Assembly: GCA_949294455.1 (NCBI GenBank)
Contig: CASFHD010000002.1
Span: forward strand, 150,674 to 214,673
Direction of reading: 5' to 3'
DNA: 64,000 nt
Source of the DNA: an uncultured Christensenella sp.
Lineage (GTDB): Bacteria > Bacillota > Clostridia > Christensenellales > UBA1242
In this document: positions 58,340-64,000 of the stretch, in pieces
Position numbering within the stretch: the first letter of the stretch is position 1
How the letters are laid out: every line of letters starts with the position of its first letter
Made by a program: the position numbers and the translations under genes
Notes under the pieces: generated by a model
Seen by the model: the letters and a program-made list of their open reading frames with translations, nothing else
What the model was told of the DNA's origin: nothing
Database searches by the model: none

Positions 58340-58368
58340 TTGACAAGTGATTGAATATTTTATAATAT
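58340..58368 (+). promoter_or_regulatory. promoter of mutL (TTGACA-17-TAATAT)
   Basis: TTGACA 58340-58345. TAATAT 58363-58368 (or TATAAT 58361-58366 with a 15-nt spacer). Confidence 0.5.
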
Positions 58369-58423
58369 ATATTAGATTATGTAATTATATAAATTATGTA
58401 TATGAAAAAAGTTAAGGAAAATT

Positions 58424-60385
58424 ATGATAAACATTTTAGATAAACGAATGATTAATTTAATCAGTGCGGGTGAAGTTGTTGAACGCCCAAGTTCTGTAGT
58501 AAAAGAATTAGTTGATAATGCACTCGATGCCAATGCTGACAATATAAAAATTGAAATCAAAGGTGGGGGAATTGATTATATTTGTGTAACAGATAATGGT
58601 AATGGTATAATGGAAGAAGATATTGTAAAAGCATTTTTGCCCCACGCAACAAGCAAGATAAAAGACCCAGAAGATTTAAAAGCAATTTTATCGATGGGAT
58701 TTAGAGGCGAGGCTCTTGCTAGTATTTCAGCAGTAAGTGAAGTAGAAATTAAAACAAGATATAAAGATGCGGATTTTGCTGTTAGTATGCAGGTTAAAGG
58801 TGGAGAATTCTTTGAGCCTGTTAGGGTGGCAGGAAGTATTGGTACAAAAATTGAAGTTAGAAATCTTTTTTTCAATACACCAGCAAGACGAAAATTTTTA
58901 AAAAAGCCTAAAAGCGAAGAAAATGAAATCACAAATATTGTATCAAGGATAATTTTATCAAATCCAACAAAAAAAATTAAATATATAGTTGAAGGCAAGA
59001 CAATTTTTGATAGTATTGGTAAAGATTTATTATCTGCTGTAAATTGTGTATATGGAGAAGAAACTACACAAAATCTTATTAAAATTGATGAAACAAAATT
59101 TGGTTTGAAAATGTATGGATATCTTTCAAAAGTTGGTTTTTCAAAGCCAAACACAACCTATCAGACATTGACGGTAAATAACAGATATGTTATTGATGAA
59201 ACTGTTTCAAAGGCAATATATAAGGCGTATGAAGAGTATTTAATGCAAAGACAATTTCCTTTTTATGTTTTAAGTTTGCAGTTGGACCCTAAAGAAGTTG
59301 ATGTAAATGTTCACCCAAACAAATTAAATATCAAATTTTCAAATCCCAACTCAATTTTTGCAACAATTTATACTAGTGTGAGAAGTAATATTTTCAAAAG
59401 TTTAAATTTACCTAATTTTGATAATGAATTAGAAAAAATGTCTTTTTTAACTAAAGAACAGAACAAAAGCGAATTCAATATTAGTGAAAATACAAAAAAT
59501 GATTTTTTTAAAAATGTTTCAGAAATTTCAATAGAAAACAAGATGAATGATAGGTCTTTAAAATTGTCTCAAAGTGAAGGGGTTCCATTAAATTTTGAAA
59601 ATAATTTACAAAATTCACAAAATAATGCAAAAAATTTTGAAAAAAATATAGAATTAATTAATAATTTTGAAAAAAATCAAACTAATGATGAAAATATCAT
59701 AAATCAGGATAGTTCAACAAATAATTTAGAATTTAAAAACTATTACGAAAACTATTTAGACAAAAATAAGTTCAAAGATGCCACTCAAATGGAATTTTTA
59801 GAAGAATATAATTTTTCTACATACAAAAAAGTGGGAATTATATTTAATGAATTTTTAATACTTGAAAAAGATGACAATATGTTGTTAATTGATTTTCACG
59901 CAGGACACGAAAGATTGTTATTTGACAAATTAAAAGAACAAGTAAAAAATAAATCACTAGTCATACAAAATCTTTTAATACCTTTTACAATGAAAGTCAG
60001 TTTAAAAGAGATGGAATTTTTACAACAATTATTTGATTCTCTAATTAATATGGGGTTTGATATTGACGCTATAGCAGATGACAGAGTAAGAGTAAGTAGT
60101 GTACCGCTTATAATGAAAGATATAAATTTAAAAGAATTTTTTGAAAATATTTTGTCGGATTTAAAAACTATACCAAATCTAGACAAAGATTATAATCTAT
60201 TTTTAGCGACAAAGGCGTGTAAATCGGCTGTAAAGTCAGGAATGATATTAAACGACTTAGAAATTAACACACTATTAAAAGATTTAGATATTTCAAAACC
60301 TGTGCTTTTATGTCCGCACGGGCGTCCAATAGTAACCACTATAAAAAGGAGTGCCATAGAAAAATGGTTCAAAAGAATAGTTTAA
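58424..60385 (+). CDS. mutL: DNA mismatch repair protein MutL (endonuclease type)
   Basis: GHKL ATPase N-domain (ISAGEVVERPSSVVKELVDNALDA, TDNGNGI, GFRGEAL). N-rich linker. C-terminal DFHAGHERLLFD (variant of DQHA(X)2E(X)4E) and CPHGRP. Confidence 0.95.
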   Translation: MINILDKRMINLISAGEVVERPSSVVKELVDNALDANADNIKIEIKGGGIDYICVTDNGNGIMEEDIVKAFLPHATSKIKDPEDLKAILSMGFRGEALASISAVSEVEIKTRYKDADFAVSMQVKGGEFFEPVRVAGSIGTKIEVRNLFFNTPARRKFLKKPKSEENEITNIVSRIILSNPTKKIKYIVEGKTIFDSIGKDLLSAVNCVYGEETTQNLIKIDETKFGLKMYGYLSKVGFSKPNTTYQTLTVNNRYVIDETVSKAIYKAYEEYLMQRQFPFYVLSLQLDPKEVDVNVHPNKLNIKFSNPNSIFATIYTSVRSNIFKSLNLPNFDNELEKMSFLTKEQNKSEFNISENTKNDFFKNVSEISIENKMNDRSLKLSQSEGVPLNFENNLQNSQNNAKNFEKNIELINNFEKNQTNDENIINQDSSTNNLEFKNYYENYLDKNKFKDATQMEFLEEYNFSTYKKVGIIFNEFLILEKDDNMLLIDFHAGHERLLFDKLKEQVKNKSLVIQNLLIPFTMKVSLKEMEFLQQLFDSLINMGFDIDAIADDRVRVSSVPLIMKDINLKEFFENILSDLKTIPNLDKDYNLFLATKACKSAVKSGMILNDLEINTLLKDLDISKPVLLCPHGRPIVTTIKRSAIEKWFKRIV

Positions 60386-61296
60386 AAAAAGTTTTAATAA
60401 TAACAGGACTTACCGCAACAGGTAAGTCTAATTTTGCTATATCAGTTGCAAAAAAATTTAATGGTGAAATTATATCGGCAGATAGCGTTCAAGTTTTTAA
60501 AGGTTTTAATATAGGTTCGAATAAGGTTACAAAAAGTCAACAGCAAGGTATAACGCATCATTTAATAGATATTGTATCTCCTGATGAAAGTTTTACTGTT
60601 AGCGATTTTGTAGAAAACTGTTATAAATTAATAGATGATATTATAACTAGAGGTAAATTGCCTATAATTTGTGGCGGTACGGGTCTGTATATAAAAGCAT
60701 TAATGTCTGGTTATAATTTTGGGAATGTAAAGGCAAATAATGATTTTAGGTTAAAATATAAATCTTTAGCAGAAGAAAAGGGAAATAAATTCGTTTGGGA
60801 TATTTTAAATTTTCGCTCAAATGAGTTGGCAAGTAAAGTTCACTACAATAACATAAAAAGGGTGATTAGGTATTTAGAATTGCTAGAAAACCCAAATGAA
60901 TTCAATAAATCTGTTATTAAAATTACAGACAAATTTGATGTGTTGGCAATAGCACTAGTGGAAGATAGAGAAAAAATATACAAAAAAATAGACGAAAGGG
61001 TGGACGAAATGGTTAAAGCAGGGCTTTTTGAAGAAGCAGAAGATTTGTTTTTTAAAACAAAAGTCAAAGATAGTCAAAGTTGGTTAAGTATAGGGTATAG
61101 AGAATCTATGCAATATATCAATAAAGAAATAACTAAAGAAAAAGCAATAAACCTAATAAAACAACACACACGGAATTATTGTAAAAGACAACTTACTTTT
61201 TTAAAAACAATAGAGGGAGTAGAATTAATAGATATAACTAATGGTTTTTCTGACGCAGAAAATAAAGTAAATGCTTTTTTAGAATTTACAAAGTAA
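60364..61296 (+). CDS. miaA: tRNA dimethylallyltransferase MiaA
   Basis: Start moved to ATG 60364, giving the P-loop GLTATGKS near the N-terminus. SADSVQVFKG, GGTGLY. Overlaps the mutL 3' end by 22 nt. Confidence 0.9.
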   Translation: MVQKNSLKKVLIITGLTATGKSNFAISVAKKFNGEIISADSVQVFKGFNIGSNKVTKSQQQGITHHLIDIVSPDESFTVSDFVENCYKLIDDIITRGKLPIICGGTGLYIKALMSGYNFGNVKANNDFRLKYKSLAEEKGNKFVWDILNFRSNELASKVHYNNIKRVIRYLELLENPNEFNKSVIKITDKFDVLAIALVEDREKIYKKIDERVDEMVKAGLFEEAEDLFFKTKVKDSQSWLSIGYRESMQYINKEITKEKAINLIKQHTRNYCKRQLTFLKTIEGVELIDITNGFSDAENKVNAFLEFTK

Positions 61297-61524
61297 ACCT
61301 TGATATGATATAATTACTAAATAGTTTTAATGAATTTAATTAGATATTTCATTATAAAAAATTGCAATATTTTAATTTATAAAATTATATTTCATCAAAA
61401 ATTGCGATTAAATACTATTACAAATTAGATTTTACAATATCATTTTATCATAACTATTTTTAGATAAAACACTTTGATGACACATAAATAATAAAAAAGG
61501 AGTATTTCAAAAGGAGAAACTAGT

Positions 61525-62025
61525 ATGGAAAAATTGAATAAAGCAAAAAACAAATTATTTATCACTTCATTAATTTTTACGATAATGCTAATAGTCTGTG
61601 TACCTATGATAGTAATCTTTGCTGGTAAAAATTGGATTTTAATGACTATGGGAATAATTTTTGCAGTATTGGGATTTTACGGGACACCAATAGCTTGGGT
61701 TCAATATGGTGAAATTTCATCGCTATCTAGATTTATTGAAGTAATAGAAAAAGAAAACATTTTATCTGTTAGTTCGCTTGCAACACATTTTCAATTGAAT
61801 GAAAATATTATTAAATCTAAAATCAATAAATGTATTGAAAAAGGATATTTGACAGGCTTTATTTTTGATGGAAAAATATTAACTCATAATGAAATAAAGA
61901 AAAAAGAAAAAGTATTGAAAAAAGTAAAGTGTGAAAATTGTGGTGCAAATCTAGAAAGGGTAGAAGGTGGCTGGTATTGCCCTTATTGTTATATAAAATT
62001 TAAAGATGAGGAAATAAATGATTAA
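61525..62025 (+). CDS. two-TM protein with winged-helix-like segment and C-terminal zinc ribbon, unknown function
   Basis: AAGGAG SD. Two TM helices, then LSVSSLATHFQLNENIIKSKINKCIEKGYLTG (wHTH-like) and CENCG...CPYC. 3' end overlaps the ynbB start by 8 nt. Confidence 0.5.
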   Translation: MEKLNKAKNKLFITSLIFTIMLIVCVPMIVIFAGKNWILMTMGIIFAVLGFYGTPIAWVQYGEISSLSRFIEVIEKENILSVSSLATHFQLNENIIKSKINKCIEKGYLTGFIFDGKILTHNEIKKKEKVLKKVKCENCGANLERVEGGWYCPYCYIKFKDEEIND

Positions 62026-63283
62026 AATTGATAAAGAAATTATAAACTTAATTAATGATTGTGAAAAAGATTGTATTGACGAATTTAAAAAAATTGAAGA
62101 TATTGCTTTTTACAATCAATTAAAAGTTTTAAATGCTTTTAACGAATACTCTGTAACACCTATGCATTTCATAGGGTCATCTGGGTATGGTGATGATGAT
62201 GTTGGAAAAAACAAAATTAAGGACTTGTATTCGTGTGTGTTCAACACTGAAGATGCAATTGTCAGTCCATATCTTGCAAGTGGGACTGCTAGTATTTCAC
62301 ATGCTCTTTTAGGTTTACTTAGACCAAATGATAATATGCTATCTATTGTGGGAAGACTTTATGATACACTAGATAAGGTATTATTTGGCGTGAAAGGAAA
62401 AGATATTGGAAGTCTAAAAGACTATAATATAAGTTACAAAGAAGTTGATTTATTATCTAATCAGTATTTTGATCTTGATAGCATTAAACAAAAATTAAAA
62501 GAAAAATTTTTTAAGGTTGTTTACATACAAAGAAGTAGGGGTTATTCATTTAGAAATGCCATAAATATAGACCAAATAGAAGAAGTTTGTAAAATTATAA
62601 AATCAATTAGTCCTAAAAGTATAATTGTAGTAGATAACTGTTATGGCGCATTTACAGAAAAAAAAGAGCCAACTGATGTAGGAGCGGACATAATTATAGG
62701 CTCTATGATTAAAAATTTAGGTGCAGGTATTGTCCCAACTGGTGGTTATATCGCAGGTAAAAAAGATTTGATTGAACTAATTAATTGTAGATTAACATCT
62801 CCTGCATTGGGCTCTAGTGTGGGTTCGTATGAAATGGGTTACAAAGCATATTTTCAAGCATTATTTTTAAGCCCACACATTGTATCACAAGCAAGAAAGA
62901 CTCAAACGGTTGCAAGTAGTGTGATGACAAAATTAGGTTATGAATGTAAACCAGCTAAAAAAGATTTATCATCTGATATTGTTTTATCCATAAAATTTAA
63001 TGATGAAAAAAAGTTAATCGAATTTTGCAAAGCTTTCCAATATTCTAGTCCTATTGATAGCGATGTAGAGTTAGAGCCTTCACCTATGGCAGGTTACAGT
63101 GATAAAATTATTATGGCTTCAGGCTCATTTAATCAAGGGTCATCAATTGAACTGTCATGCGATGCACCTATTAGACCGCCATATATCGCTTATATGCAAG
63201 GTGGATTAACTTATGAACACGGAAAAATCGGACTGATGAACGCAATTTCAAGACTTAAAAGTTTAGGATTATTAAATATTTAA
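62018..63283 (+). CDS. ynbB: YnbB-like PLP enzyme (methionine gamma-lyase / aluminium-resistance family)
   Basis: Family-typical N-terminus (F..IE..A..NQ.KVL.AF....V...HF..S.GYGY.D.GK), IQRSRGY, GSMIKNLGAGI (PLP-Lys region). Confidence 0.75.
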   Translation: MIKIDKEIINLINDCEKDCIDEFKKIEDIAFYNQLKVLNAFNEYSVTPMHFIGSSGYGDDDVGKNKIKDLYSCVFNTEDAIVSPYLASGTASISHALLGLLRPNDNMLSIVGRLYDTLDKVLFGVKGKDIGSLKDYNISYKEVDLLSNQYFDLDSIKQKLKEKFFKVVYIQRSRGYSFRNAINIDQIEEVCKIIKSISPKSIIVVDNCYGAFTEKKEPTDVGADIIIGSMIKNLGAGIVPTGGYIAGKKDLIELINCRLTSPALGSSVGSYEMGYKAYFQALFLSPHIVSQARKTQTVASSVMTKLGYECKPAKKDLSSDIVLSIKFNDEKKLIEFCKAFQYSSPIDSDVELEPSPMAGYSDKIIMASGSFNQGSSIELSCDAPIRPPYIAYMQGGLTYEHGKIGLMNAISRLKSLGLLNI

Positions 63284-63431
63284 CTTATAAGTATGTTATT
63301 ATGAGATTACTAATATTGTCTTATGAATATGCTACTGTTATATTATTATTTTAGTTATAAATCTTGTATTAAGAGATTGTTAGATGGTTTAAATAAAAAT
63401 TTGGGTTATTAGATGTTTAAAAGGATAATTT

Positions 63432-64000
63432 ATGCAAGTAATTTTAGTTAGATTCTCGGAAATTCATTTAAAAGGTAACAACAAAAGTTACTTTTTAAAA
63501 TTATTGAAAAACAATATAAAAGAAGCTTTAAAAGAATTTAATTGCCAGATTGAATCTATTCCAAACAGATATGTAATAAAGGCTAGTGAAGATGAATTAT
63601 ATCACATTTCAGAAAGGTTAAAAAAAGTGGTCGGAATTCATTCAATTTCTTTTGCTGAAGAAATAGACACAAACATTGAAAATATAAAAAAAATATGCCA
63701 AAATTTAAAAATAAATGGCAGTTTTAAAGTAGATGTAAATCGTGCAGACAAATCTTTTCCTATTAAATCTTGTGATTTTAATTCAATACTAGGTGAAATT
63801 ATTTTAAACAATAATAAATTGGCTTCAGTCGATGTTAAAAAACCTGACAAAAAGGTACAAGTGGATATTAGAGAAAACGGAAAAACTTATATCTTTTCAG
63901 ATATTATTTATCTTAAAAGTGGTTTGCCCCTAAGTGAATATAGAGATGGTTTACTGCTTTTGAGCGGGGGAATAGATAGTCCTGTTGCTGGTTATATGAT
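63432..64000 (+). CDS. thiI: tRNA 4-thiouridine synthase ThiI (3' end outside window)
   Basis: Not in the ORF track (no stop in window). ATG 63432 with AAAGGA SD. MQVILVRFSEIHLKGNNKSYF ferredoxin-like/THUMP N-terminus and start of the PP-loop LLLLSGGIDSPVAGYM. Confidence 0.9.
   Translation, partial: MQVILVRFSEIHLKGNNKSYFLKLLKNNIKEALKEFNCQIESIPNRYVIKASEDELYHISERLKKVVGIHSISFAEEIDTNIENIKKICQNLKINGSFKVDVNRADKSFPIKSCDFNSILGEIILNNNKLASVDVKKPDKKVQVDIRENGKTYIFSDIIYLKSGLPLSEYRDGLLLLSGGIDSPVAGYM

Noticed and set aside
57928-59154. Antisense track ORFs inside the S2P-like gene and mutL (57928-58305, 58576-59154), plus similar ones inside infB, hslU, murA, mutS and others
   Set aside because: They lie opposite well-supported conserved genes, lack SDs, and have compositions typical of the reverse frame of AT-rich coding DNA.

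Overview
This is a very AT-rich chromosomal segment (about 28-30 % G+C by eye) from an endospore-forming low-GC Firmicute. About 60 genes are present and all but three are on the + strand. The content is almost entirely conserved housekeeping operons. In order they are:
- comM-dprA-topA-hslVU, then trxA-nifS plus a degenerate nifU-like gene
- ruvX-DUF1292
- rimP-nusA-ylxR-infB-rbfA-truB
- efp-spoIIIAA..AH-asp23, the same synteny as B. subtilis efp-spoIIIA-yqhY
- a pdaA/B-like deacetylase, then lepA-hemW
- rsmH-ftsL-like-PBP2B/SpoVD
- asnS, ylbJ(-), a patatin-like gene, rpsT
- ftsW/spoVE-murA, an ABC-F ATPase, an HI0933-type flavoprotein, plsC
- rpsP, tRNA-Arg(CCT), rpmF(-), ackA, a class A PBP(-)
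- miaB-mutS-X-mutL-miaA, ynbB, and thiI (3' partial)

I found no transposase, integrase, CRISPR array, rRNA or recognisable multi-gene defence or novel system. The claim of a new system is not supported by what I can read.

The observations most worth a second look are:
1. GATC is depleted about ten-fold across the window, and the depletion is enforced by context-dependent Asp codon choice. One orphan coiled-coil gene (50005-51108) breaks this rule with 5 GATC sites, which suggests recent foreign origin.
2. A membrane-anchored, strongly basic K/T/A/S-rich protein is built from near-identical ~300-nt tandem repeats, downstream of spoIIIA-asp23.
3. A minimal site-2-protease-like HExxH membrane protein is translationally coupled between mutS and mutL.
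4. Several essential genes (ruvX, miaB, lepA, PBP2B, ftsW, PBP1A) lack a Shine-Dalgarno sequence, cannot be extended upstream, and have a -10 hexamer 5-7 nt before the start codon. This is leaderless-mRNA geometry.
5. A NifU/IscU-like protein lacks all three canonical Cys ligands, and the thioredoxin has a CMPC active site.
6. Unusually many 0.3-0.7 kb AT-only intergenic deserts occur, some with degenerate repeats, including a perfect 14-bp x5 tandem repeat after lepA.

All counts and alignments were done by eye or from memory of family motifs and need computational confirmation.
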